Below are positions 9,354 through 17,159 of a stretch of DNA of 64,000 nucleotides, in pieces. A model generated the notes under the pieces. That model was given only the letters and a program-made list of their open reading frames with translations. It had not been told where the DNA came from and ran no database searches. Each line of letters begins with the position of its first letter. The first letter of the stretch is position 1. The stretch is from Candidatus Latescibacterota bacterium (GTDB lineage Bacteria > Latescibacterota > UBA2968 > GCA-2709665), in assembly GCA_965219995.1 (NCBI GenBank), contig CBDCOX010000002.1:5120001-5184000 (forward strand), given 5' to 3'. The position numbers and the translations under genes are program-made.

Positions 9354-9644
9354 ATGAGCAGAACATACCGACGGCAGCGCCAGAAAGATAGTTATTACCG
9401 GTGGGTCGACTTCAATCTGGAAACCAAACCAGGACGACACTACGGGGATCGTCATATAACCAGAATGGAACACCTTTCGGCGCGCGTGTTCAGGGACGTC
9501 TGCAGGGGTGACTGGAGCGACGTGAGGGGCAATCTGCGTCTGGGCCGTGCTTTGCGGATTTGCTCTAAGCATATTATACGTCAGGAGCTTGCCAAACTGG
9601 ATCTTAAGGAAGGAGGAGAATCGCATGACGCCAGAGATGGCTGA
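9354..9644 (+). CDS. Small basic hypothetical protein
   Basis: GGGAG RBS; Arg-rich 96-aa ORF starting MSRTYRR. Confidence 0.55.
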   Translation: MSRTYRRQRQKDSYYRWVDFNLETKPGRHYGDRHITRMEHLSARVFRDVCRGDWSDVRGNLRLGRALRICSKHIIRQELAKLDLKEGGESHDARDG

Positions 9645-9680
9645 CATTCCGGATAATTTCCGACACCTAAGGCAATTTCA

Positions 9681-9892
9681 ATGAATCCCGCAATGGACAC
9701 GCCCGACTTATATGGGTTCGCGACATAGGAACTCGCCCAGGACGCCACAATCGCATACAATTTATCAGAACTTGAACAGGCGTTCCGCGACACCGCTCGC
9801 GTCTGCCGTCGTAAGACTCAGCAGGTCCAGGTTGTTTGTTGGAAGCAAATCGCATCAATCAATTGGATCGGCACGGATTCCCATCGGTTATG
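9681..9892 (+). pseudogene. Remnant of PD-(D/E)XK (PDDEXK_4-like) nuclease N-terminus
   Basis: Reads MDTPDLYGFAT*ELAQDATIAY with in-frame TAG; resembles the 'FATSELSQDA' N-terminal motif of this family. Confidence 0.55.
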
Positions 9893-9962
9893 ATAGTCAA
9901 GAATCGAGTTTTAGGCCATCCGTGGAAGGGAGATTTGAAACCGCAATGAGAGGCACTTAGCG

Positions 9963-11006
9963 ATGAATGAGACGCAAGAACGCCTTAACCGATATTACGA
10001 AAGCAATGGCATCGCGCCTGTGGATAGCGACCTTTGTTTCGAAGATAGGTTCGAAGCATTTGGTTGTTCACAGAAATGTGAATGTCGTGTAGCCTGCAGA
10101 CTCATAAAGAAAGATGCAGACTTTTCGCCTCCGACAGACGGCGTGAGCATTAGCCGTTACTACGAGGATAGAGACTTCCACGGCTACTCAATCCCCCGTA
10201 TCTTGGTCCTTTCGCTGTCCCCGCCCGAACCAAAAAAGAAGCCTGAGATCGGTGAACCATCCAAAGAATCTCTGAACCCTCACTGGCGGGAAACCTTGGG
10301 GATAGTGCGGAGCATCCTCCATCCCTTCATTGGGGAGGAGTGTTTTCCTGAACCGGTAAGATACTGGAATGAGAACGAAAAATTAGCGGTGATTCATGCC
10401 CTCTTCGTCCACGTGAGGGCGGCGAAATGTTGTTCCAACGCCAATGGAAAGCGTCAAGAGCCTGACATTGTGTACGAGCATTGTGGAGCGTATCTCAATG
10501 AAGAATTGAGGATTCTTGAGCCTGACGTGATCATTACTCAGGGCAATAGCGCTCACGGAGTCGCAAAGAAACATGCATTTGACTCCGTGAAGCGGGTCTC
10601 GGATATCCAGGGTATCGATCCCAATCAGAACGTCGCGCATATTGCGCGTTTAAAGCTCAATCGTGCCGTAGAAGAAGGAGATGACGATCCTGTCTTTTGG
10701 CTGAAGTCGTACCATCCAAGCTATTATCGGGGCTTTTATGACCAAGCTGGCAGGAAATTCAACCATGAGAGAAAAAAGAAGGGGAGCGCAAAGCGTTGGA
10801 ATTTTGTGCGTTACGGCGAGGAGATTAGGAAATTTATCAACAATCGAACAACCTACGGTGAATATTGGGTGCGCCATCGTGCAAACCAGGGCAACCACAA
10901 GGGTTGCTCCTACAGTGTAGGGATCCGATCCACCCGGACGCACCGGTCTTCGGTCACGATATACTCGGTAGCCTGGCGTTGTTCTTGTCAGCCTGAATTT
11001 CTGTAG
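9963..11006 (+). CDS. Uracil-DNA glycosylase superfamily-like protein
   Basis: RILVLSLSP, AAKC, HCGAYLNEELRILEPDVIITQGNSA, SYHPSY motifs; Cys cluster CSQKCECRVAC; last ~40 codons run through a REP-like element. Confidence 0.7.
   Translation: MNETQERLNRYYESNGIAPVDSDLCFEDRFEAFGCSQKCECRVACRLIKKDADFSPPTDGVSISRYYEDRDFHGYSIPRILVLSLSPPEPKKKPEIGEPSKESLNPHWRETLGIVRSILHPFIGEECFPEPVRYWNENEKLAVIHALFVHVRAAKCCSNANGKRQEPDIVYEHCGAYLNEELRILEPDVIITQGNSAHGVAKKHAFDSVKRVSDIQGIDPNQNVAHIARLKLNRAVEEGDDDPVFWLKSYHPSYYRGFYDQAGRKFNHERKKKGSAKRWNFVRYGEEIRKFINNRTTYGEYWVRHRANQGNHKGCSYSVGIRSTRTHRSSVTIYSVAWRCSCQPEFL
10889..10925. repeat. GTAG-family REP-like element
   Basis: GGGCAACCacaagGGTTGCTCCTAC followed by GTAGGG. Confidence 0.55.
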
Positions 11007-11017
11007 TAACATTAATT

Positions 11018-11113
11018 GTGCGGATCGAGTTCGACGAGAGCGACGCCCGAAGGATCATTAGCATGAGGAGGGCAAATGAACGAGAACGACGGATCTCCGG
11101 CCCGAGGTTTTGA
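11018..11113 (+). pseudogene. brnT: BrnT toxin with in-frame internal deletion
   Basis: 31-aa ORF VRIEFD|ESDARRIISMRRANERERRI joins the BrnT N-terminal motif directly to its C-terminal RIISMRRAN motif; TGTAGTAACA palindrome-like box at 11002-11011. Confidence 0.8.
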
Positions 11114-11363
11114 CCCCGACACCGCACCCGATCTCTCGAAGGACGGCTGGCCGGAAAAGTTCGCCAGGGCGCCCGCACGTCGGGGCCGACCCCCGAAGGC
11201 GCGACCGAAAGTATCGACCACCATCCGGTTGTCCCAGGAGGTCGTCGATCATTTTCGCGCCGGAGGGCGCGGCTGGCAGACACGGATCGACAACGCCCTG
11301 CGAGACTGGATCAGACTGCACGAAGTCTCTTGCGCTGATCCCTTCCGCAAGGCACTGCGATAG
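11076..11363 (+). CDS. brnA: BrnA antitoxin
   Basis: RGRPPKARPKVSTTIRLSQEVVDHFRAGGRGWQTRIDNALRDW. Confidence 0.93.
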   Translation: MNENDGSPARGFDPDTAPDLSKDGWPEKFARAPARRGRPPKARPKVSTTIRLSQEVVDHFRAGGRGWQTRIDNALRDWIRLHEVSCADPFRKALR

Positions 11364-11867
11364 CCGGTCCATGAAAGAGCGGTTTAATCCCATAAGCCGA
11401 ACCGCCCGGGGTCCATCCCTTAACACACGCAGAGAGTGCTCTACCGGCGCAACGGGCAGGTCCCTACAATGGTGGGGGCATTCGACGTGTGCTGTGATTG
11501 CCGATGATTCATTGGGTTTGTGTGGATTGCGCACGAAAAACGGGGCGACTCCAATGGTGGTCGCCCCTTTTGTTTCGGTCGTGATTGTAGTGCATTTTTC
11601 TGAGCTGGCGCCGATCACGCTGCGGACGGCGAGGCCCGTGGATATACCATAGGGACGGGGGCGGTCGTCTGCAGTGATGTGTTTGCCCTTACGATATCGA
11701 TTGGAGACGGCTACGGAAAGAAATGTGGCGTCGTATATCGCGGAAATTTACGGGATGCGATTGACTTACAGACTTGATCCCGTATCTTGTATAAACGGCG
11801 CCGTCGATCCGTCTGGGAGTGATTGGGGAGACGGATCGACCCGATAAGTGATCGTGAGGCATTGACG

Positions 11868-12353
11868 TTGGAAAAGCACATATTCCTTGCCATAGGTGCC
11901 TCTGTTGCCGTTGTCGGTTTATTGATTACCGCGGCTGGTCTCATCTTCACGAGCGGGAAGTGGAAGGGAGAAGTTGACTCCGACAGGAAAGCGTTTAAGG
12001 AATTCATGAATAGAATCGAGAAGAAGATCGAAGATGTCCTGGAACGACTTCCTTCTCGCAGGGTTGTAACTCAGGCCAGCCCGTTGCAGTTGACGGATTT
12101 TGGAAAGGAAATCGCTGAAGAAATCGAAGCTGAGAAGTGGGCAGAGGGAATTGTCACACGTTTGACCAAAGAGGTTAAGAGCAAGGGTCCTTATGATATA
12201 CAACAATATTGTTTTGAATATGTTGGAACTTTCGAATTCGATGAGATCAAGGATGAGGATCTGAGGGGATGCGCATATATGCGGGGGATTAAGCTGGATG
12301 ATGTCAAGCGAGTGTTGGCCGTTGTATTGCGGGATAGACTATTGAGTTCTTGA
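11868..12353 (+). CDS. Hypothetical protein with N-terminal TM helix
   Basis: Hydrophobic N-terminus, coiled coil, SPLQLTDFGKEI winged-helix-like segment; start uncertain. Confidence 0.7.
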   Translation: MEKHIFLAIGASVAVVGLLITAAGLIFTSGKWKGEVDSDRKAFKEFMNRIEKKIEDVLERLPSRRVVTQASPLQLTDFGKEIAEEIEAEKWAEGIVTRLTKEVKSKGPYDIQQYCFEYVGTFEFDEIKDEDLRGCAYMRGIKLDDVKRVLAVVLRDRLLSS

Positions 12354-12540
12354 GTGGGAGGCCGGCCTGCCTTGTGCCATGTTTGATTGTGTGTCGGCTG
12401 GCTAACATAGTAAATCGTTCCCACTTGTATAGATCCCAGCCTTGACCGACACCCTACGTACCAATACGACGTAAGAGAGATCAAGGGATCCGAATCGGAG
12501 ACGAATTTAGCGTACGTACGATTTAATAGTCTGGATTGCA

Positions 12541-12580
12541 AGCAAGTAGGGCGACTCGGAGAAGAGTCGCCCTACTTGCT
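12541..12580. terminator. Perfect 17-bp inverted repeat (terminator or REP-like)
   Basis: AGCAAGTAGGGCGACTC-ggagaa-GAGTCGCCCTACTTGCT between convergent genes. Confidence 0.7.
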
Positions 12581-12665
12581 GTCGCAGCTTTGTCCAGATT
12601 GCCGACGAATCCAGCGCAGAACGTTGCTGATATCCTGGTGATGCTCTTGCAACGTGGTTCCGTGT

Positions 12666-13427
12666 TCACTTCCTCACGCTGTTGACCATATCGCGGCAGC
12701 CGTGCAGGTAGATGCCCGTATCGACCGAAAGCGCGATGTATCGCACGCCGGCGTCGATCCAGCGTTTTGCCGCGTCGGGGCTGTCTGCGAAGGTGCCCAC
12801 GGTGAGGCCTGCCTGGTTGATCTGCGCGGTTGCCTCCCGCATCCGCTCCACGACCCGGGGATCGTGCACCTGGCCGGGAATGCCGAGAGACTGGGACAGG
12901 TCGTACGGTCCGAGGAACACGACGTCCAGGCCCGGAACGGCGATGATGGCGTCCAGGTTCTCGAGGCCCTCCACGCCTTCCACGTGGATAAGGACCATGG
13001 ACTCCCTGTTAAGCCGCTCGAAGATCTGGCCGCCCTCCGAGAAATACCTGGCCGCGCGGGTGTAGGGCGACACGCCGCGCATCCCCAGCGGTGCGTATTT
13101 TGCCGCCTGGACGAGGGACTCGGCGTCGGTTTGCGTACGTATCTGGGGGACCTGGACTCCCTCCGGGCCGATGTCCAGCGCCCTGAGCACCTGGGGCGGG
13201 TCGTTGTCCCTCACGCGAACGATCGGAGAAATGCCCGCGCCCTTCGCCACGCGACAGAGGTTCTCGGTGGTCTCGATGTCCAGGGGGCCGTGTTCGGTGT
13301 CCAGGACGACGAAGTCGAAGCCGGCGTACGCGGCGATTTCGATGAGCGCTCCGGATGCGAGGTTGACGAAGGGGCCGAGGACGACCTCACCGGCTTTCAG
13401 TTTGGCCTTCAGGCTGGTTTCAGACAT
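12666..13427 (-). CDS. HpcH/HpaI aldolase family protein
   Basis: GFDFVVLDTEHGP, VRV, KYAPLGMRG, VFLGPYDLSQSLG. Confidence 0.93.
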   Translation of the reverse strand: MSETSLKAKLKAGEVVLGPFVNLASGALIEIAAYAGFDFVVLDTEHGPLDIETTENLCRVAKGAGISPIVRVRDNDPPQVLRALDIGPEGVQVPQIRTQTDAESLVQAAKYAPLGMRGVSPYTRAARYFSEGGQIFERLNRESMVLIHVEGVEGLENLDAIIAVPGLDVVFLGPYDLSQSLGIPGQVHDPRVVERMREATAQINQAGLTVGTFADSPDAAKRWIDAGVRYIALSVDTGIYLHGCRDMVNSVRK

Positions 13428-13531
13428 TGCGCGTCTCCGCAGTGTGGGACTGATCAATGGAACCGTTGTGTCGCCCAATATAGGTTGCCGCAGAGGGCGT
13501 GTAAAGTGGTAAGACCCGGCGCCGGACCGGC

Positions 13532-13560
13532 TTGACATTCGAATGCCGCATCCGTATATA
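13532..13560 (+). promoter_or_regulatory. Sigma70-type promoter
   Basis: TTGACA-17 nt-TATATA. Confidence 0.7.
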
Positions 13561-13595
13561 TGGAATGTGTGTTCTGCAAAGGGAAGGAGGCCGGA

Positions 13596-13724
13596 ATGTC
13601 CACCGATCTGCGTGAATTTGCGTTACGCCTGAAAGTCATCGAAATCCTGAAGCGGTACCTGTGGGTACGGCATCAACTGAGGGTCATTCAACTCTGGAAG
13701 AAACTCTACATCCATCCGAATTGA
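13596..13724 (+). CDS. Small protein (42 aa), below the ORF track cut-off
   Basis: AAGGAGG RBS; MSTDLREFALRLKVIEILKRYLWVRHQLRVIQLWKKLYIHPN*; flanked by promoter and terminator. Confidence 0.65.
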   Translation: MSTDLREFALRLKVIEILKRYLWVRHQLRVIQLWKKLYIHPN

Positions 13725-13748
13725 CGGTGATGATCCGAATGACGGAAT

Positions 13749-13783
13749 GGCGCTCGGGCGGGGACGGTCCGGGCGCCTTTTTT
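13749..13783 (+). terminator. Rho-independent terminator
   Basis: GGCGCTCGGGC...GTCCGGGCGCC followed by TTTTTT. Confidence 0.75.
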
Positions 13784-13897
13784 CTTGAACCGCCGCCAGA
13801 AAGCCCGTGGGACCCGCCCCATACCGGCTCCGGTACCTCGCTTCGAATTGAATAGAGTTTGCTCTCCAACCGGCGATTCGTTAGATTTCCGCCCGCT

Positions 13898-14572
13898 ATG
13901 GCCTCCGGACATGACAGGATTCGCACGGTTTACGACCGGTTGATGGACGCGTTCGGGCCGCAGGGCTGGTGGCCGTCGGAAAGTCCGTTTGAAACGATGG
14001 TCGGGGCCATACTCACGCAAAATACGGCGTGGGCGAACGTGGAGCGGGCGATAGGAAGGCTGAAGGAGGCCGGGGCGCTCGACGCCCGGACCATGCTGGG
14101 GATGCCCGACGACCGGCTGGAAACCCTCATCCGTTCCGCCGGGACGTTTCGCGTAAAGACCAGGAGGTTGAAGGCGTTCCTGGCGTTCTTCGCCGGCAGG
14201 TACGGCGCCGACGTTTTCCGGATGAGGAATGCGCCGGCCGAACGTCTGCGGGGGGAGCTGCTTGCGATTCCGGGGATCGGACCGGAGACGGCCGATTGCA
14301 TTCTTCTCTATGCGCTCGAGAAGCCAAGCTTCGTGGTGGACGGGTATACGCGGCGGATTTTCGGAAGACTGGGAGCGATCGACCGGTCGCTCGAATACCA
14401 TGAAGTCAAGCGCAGGTTTGAAGCGGCATTGCCGGAGGACGTGGGCGTTTACAACGAATATCATGCGCTGATCGTCGCACTGGGCAAGCATGCGTGTCTG
14501 CCGGCGCCCAGGTGCGGGCGGTGTGCGTTGAATACGATCTGTGAAACGGGAGGAAGCGATGGCCAGGTTTGA
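13898..14572 (+). CDS. Endonuclease III-like HhH-GPD protein
   Basis: GAILTQNTAW, LLAIPGIGPETADCILLYA, VVDGY, C-x5-C-x2-C-x5-C. Confidence 0.92.
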   Translation: MASGHDRIRTVYDRLMDAFGPQGWWPSESPFETMVGAILTQNTAWANVERAIGRLKEAGALDARTMLGMPDDRLETLIRSAGTFRVKTRRLKAFLAFFAGRYGADVFRMRNAPAERLRGELLAIPGIGPETADCILLYALEKPSFVVDGYTRRIFGRLGAIDRSLEYHEVKRRFEAALPEDVGVYNEYHALIVALGKHACLPAPRCGRCALNTICETGGSDGQV

Positions 14573-15383
14573 GTTGTGTTTCAATACCAGCACGATTCAG
14601 CCCGCATCGATCGAAGAGAAGATCCGGGCGGCGGGCGAGGCGGGATACGGCGCGATCGAACTGTGGTGCGAGGATCTGACGGGCTGGCAACGGTCCGGCG
14701 GCAAGCTGCCCGTGCTCAGACAGTTGCTCGATGACTACAATCTCGCGGTGCCCGATCTGGTGCACTTTTCGGGATGGATGGACGCGACCGATTCGGCGTT
14801 CGAAACCGAGCGCCTCGACGAAGCACGACGGCTGATGGAGCAGGGCGTGGCCATCGGCGCGCCGCGCATCATCGCGGGACCGGCGCGAGGCCGGGTGGAC
14901 CTGAACCGGGCGGCGGACCGCTTCTGCCGGTTAATGGAACTGGGAGTAGAGGTCGGATGTCTGCCCGCGCTCGAATTCCTGGGTTTCGTGGACCACGTCA
15001 ATAACGTGGATACGCTGATGGACATCGTAACCATGGCGGACCACCCCCGGACCACGGTGGTGATGGATGCATTCCACATCTATCGCGGCGGCGGGAAGGA
15101 CGAGGATATCCTGAAGGTACCGGGGGCGCAGGTGCACATTTTCCATATTGACGATGCGCCGAAAACGGACCGCGAGCGTGAGACCCTCGCCGACGGGGAC
15201 CGCGTCTATCCGGGCGACGGTATCCTGAACCTGAAGGGGATGCTGGAGATGCTGGCGTCTCAGGGGTTCTCCGGTCCGGTATCCCTGGAACTGTTCAACG
15301 AGGACCTCTGGCGGGAGGACCCCCGCGAGGTGGCGCGCATTGGAGCGGAAAAGGTAAGACCACTGATCGAGTCCGCGGCGTAG
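14559..15383 (+). CDS. Sugar phosphate isomerase/epimerase (xylose-isomerase-like TIM barrel)
   Basis: AGYGAIELW, LEFLGF, DAFHIY, FHIDD, YPGDG, SLELFN. Confidence 0.9.
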   Translation: MARFELCFNTSTIQPASIEEKIRAAGEAGYGAIELWCEDLTGWQRSGGKLPVLRQLLDDYNLAVPDLVHFSGWMDATDSAFETERLDEARRLMEQGVAIGAPRIIAGPARGRVDLNRAADRFCRLMELGVEVGCLPALEFLGFVDHVNNVDTLMDIVTMADHPRTTVVMDAFHIYRGGGKDEDILKVPGAQVHIFHIDDAPKTDRERETLADGDRVYPGDGILNLKGMLEMLASQGFSGPVSLELFNEDLWREDPREVARIGAEKVRPLIESAA

Positions 15384-15406
15384 CAGCCCGGGCACGGAGT
15401 CCCGAA

Positions 15407-16390
15407 ATGGTCTACGTTGGAAAGACGGCTATTCCCGGCTCGACCGTCCTGGCGCCGCTGGCCGGCGTGACGGATCGATCGTTCCGGCTGCTCTGCCGGG
15501 AGCAGGGCGCCGGTCTCGCCGTGACGGAGATGGTGAGCGCCCGCGGACTGGCCGACGGCAGCGAGCGTTCGAGCCGCTATCTCGATTTCGAGGCGGACGA
15601 GCATCCCATCTCCGTGCAGATATTCGGGTCGGAGCCGGATGAAATGGCCGAGGGCGCGCGGGTGGCGGCCGAACGGAAGCCCGACCTTCTGGATATCAAC
15701 TGCGGGTGTCCTGTGAAGAAGATCGTGAACCGTCGCGCGGGCGCGGCCCTGCTGAAGGATCCGTCGCGGCTGGGAAGAATCGTCTCGGCAATGGCAAAAG
15801 CGGTTTCGATTCCAGTCACCCTGAAGATCCGCAGCGGGTGGGACGACGACACAAAGGCTTCGGAGGTTGCCCGCCTGGCGGAAGATATGGGCGCGGCGGC
15901 GGTCGCCGTACACGGCCGGACGCGGAAGGCCGGATTTAAGGGAACGGCGGACTGGGACGTGATCCGCGACGTTGCCGACGCCGTTTCGATTCCCGTCATC
16001 GGCAACGGGGACGTCAGGGACCCCCAGGCCGCGAGGGAGATGATGGAACATACCGGATGCGACATGGTGATGGTGGGGCGGTGGGCGATCGGCGACCCGT
16101 GGCTGTTCGGGCGCATCGAGCACTTTCTGGCCACCGGCACGCTGATGGGGGCGCCGTCGGCCCGCGAACGGGTAGAAATGGCCATCCGGCACCTGCGGCT
16201 CTCGGTGGAAAACAAGGGGCTGCCCACCGGGGTCCGTGAGATGAGAAGGCACTTTGCCGCATACACCAGGGGCATCGACGGGGCTGCCGCGTTCCGGCGC
16301 CAGTTGATGACGGAGGATGATCCTGATGGCGTCGAAGCGATCTTGAATGCCGTACGCCGGAGGGCGGAGGAGGGATCGGGTGACTCCTGA
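15407..16390 (+). CDS. dusB: tRNA-dihydrouridine synthase B
   Basis: LAPLAGVTD, DINCGCPVKK, KIRSGW, VHGRT, PVIGNGD. Confidence 0.93.
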   Translation: MVYVGKTAIPGSTVLAPLAGVTDRSFRLLCREQGAGLAVTEMVSARGLADGSERSSRYLDFEADEHPISVQIFGSEPDEMAEGARVAAERKPDLLDINCGCPVKKIVNRRAGAALLKDPSRLGRIVSAMAKAVSIPVTLKIRSGWDDDTKASEVARLAEDMGAAAVAVHGRTRKAGFKGTADWDVIRDVADAVSIPVIGNGDVRDPQAAREMMEHTGCDMVMVGRWAIGDPWLFGRIEHFLATGTLMGAPSARERVEMAIRHLRLSVENKGLPTGVREMRRHFAAYTRGIDGAAAFRRQLMTEDDPDGVEAILNAVRRRAEEGSGDS

Positions 16391-17156
16391 ACAGGTCCGG
16401 CAGGTGCTCGAAGCAGTGCGCCAAAACCAACTGGACGTCGACGGCGCGATGGATCGGCTGAAGAAGCTGCCGTTTGAAGATCTGGGGTTCGCACACGTGG
16501 ACCATCACCGGGCAATGCGCCAGGGATTTCCCGAGGTGATCTTCTGCCAGGGCAAGACAACGGAGCACGTGGTTGAAATCGCGCGCCGGATCTCGGAGGC
16601 GGGGTCCGCGCTTCTGGCGACCCGGGCCAGCCGGGAACAGGCGGATGCCGTGCGTTCGGCCTTGCCGGAAGCGGACTACAACGCGTTGGCCCGAACGCTG
16701 ACGATTCGCGGGGACGACGCCGGCAACGCGGAGGCGGCGGGGGAGGTGCTGGTGATTTCGGCTGGAACGTCGGATATTCCGGTCGCCGAGGAGGCATTCG
16801 TGACGGCGGAGGCGATGGGCAGCCGCGTGAATAAGCTGTACGACGTTGGCGTGGCGGGGATTCACCGGCTTTTCGCGCACCGCGAGCAGATTGACCGGGC
16901 CGCTGCGATCGTGGTGGCGGCGGGGATGGAGGGCGCGCTGCCTTCCGTGGTCGGCGGACTGGTGGAGGTCCCGGTGATCGCGGTACCGACCAGCGTGGGC
17001 TATGGCGCCAGTTTCGGTGGATTGGCCGCGCTGCTCGGGACGTTGAATTCCTGCGCGCCGGGCGTGGCGGTGGTGAATATCGACAATGGATTCGGCGCGG
17101 GCTTCTTCGCGAGTCTCGTCACGCGGACGCAGGACCGATCGAGGCACGAGTCGTAG
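16380..17156 (+). CDS. larB: Nickel pincer cofactor biosynthesis protein LarB
   Basis: DHHRAMRQGFPEVIFCQGKT, AGTSDIPVAEEA, DVGVAGIHR, AGMEGALPSV, PTSVGYGA, VVNIDNGFGA. Confidence 0.93.
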   Translation: MTPEQVRQVLEAVRQNQLDVDGAMDRLKKLPFEDLGFAHVDHHRAMRQGFPEVIFCQGKTTEHVVEIARRISEAGSALLATRASREQADAVRSALPEADYNALARTLTIRGDDAGNAEAAGEVLVISAGTSDIPVAEEAFVTAEAMGSRVNKLYDVGVAGIHRLFAHREQIDRAAAIVVAAGMEGALPSVVGGLVEVPVIAVPTSVGYGASFGGLAALLGTLNSCAPGVAVVNIDNGFGAGFFASLVTRTQDRSRHES

Positions 17157-17159
17157 CCG

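Noticed and set aside
9726-9728. TAG as pyrrolysine or recoded stop
   Set aside because: The downstream frame soon loses similarity and ends; TAG is a normal stop elsewhere in the window.
970-12540. Prophage or ICE interpretation of the island
   Set aside because: No integrase, tRNA target, att direct repeats, or structural or conjugation genes seen.
16380-17156. larB as evidence of a full lactate racemase cluster
   Set aside because: No larA, larC or larE in the window; a standalone larB is common.
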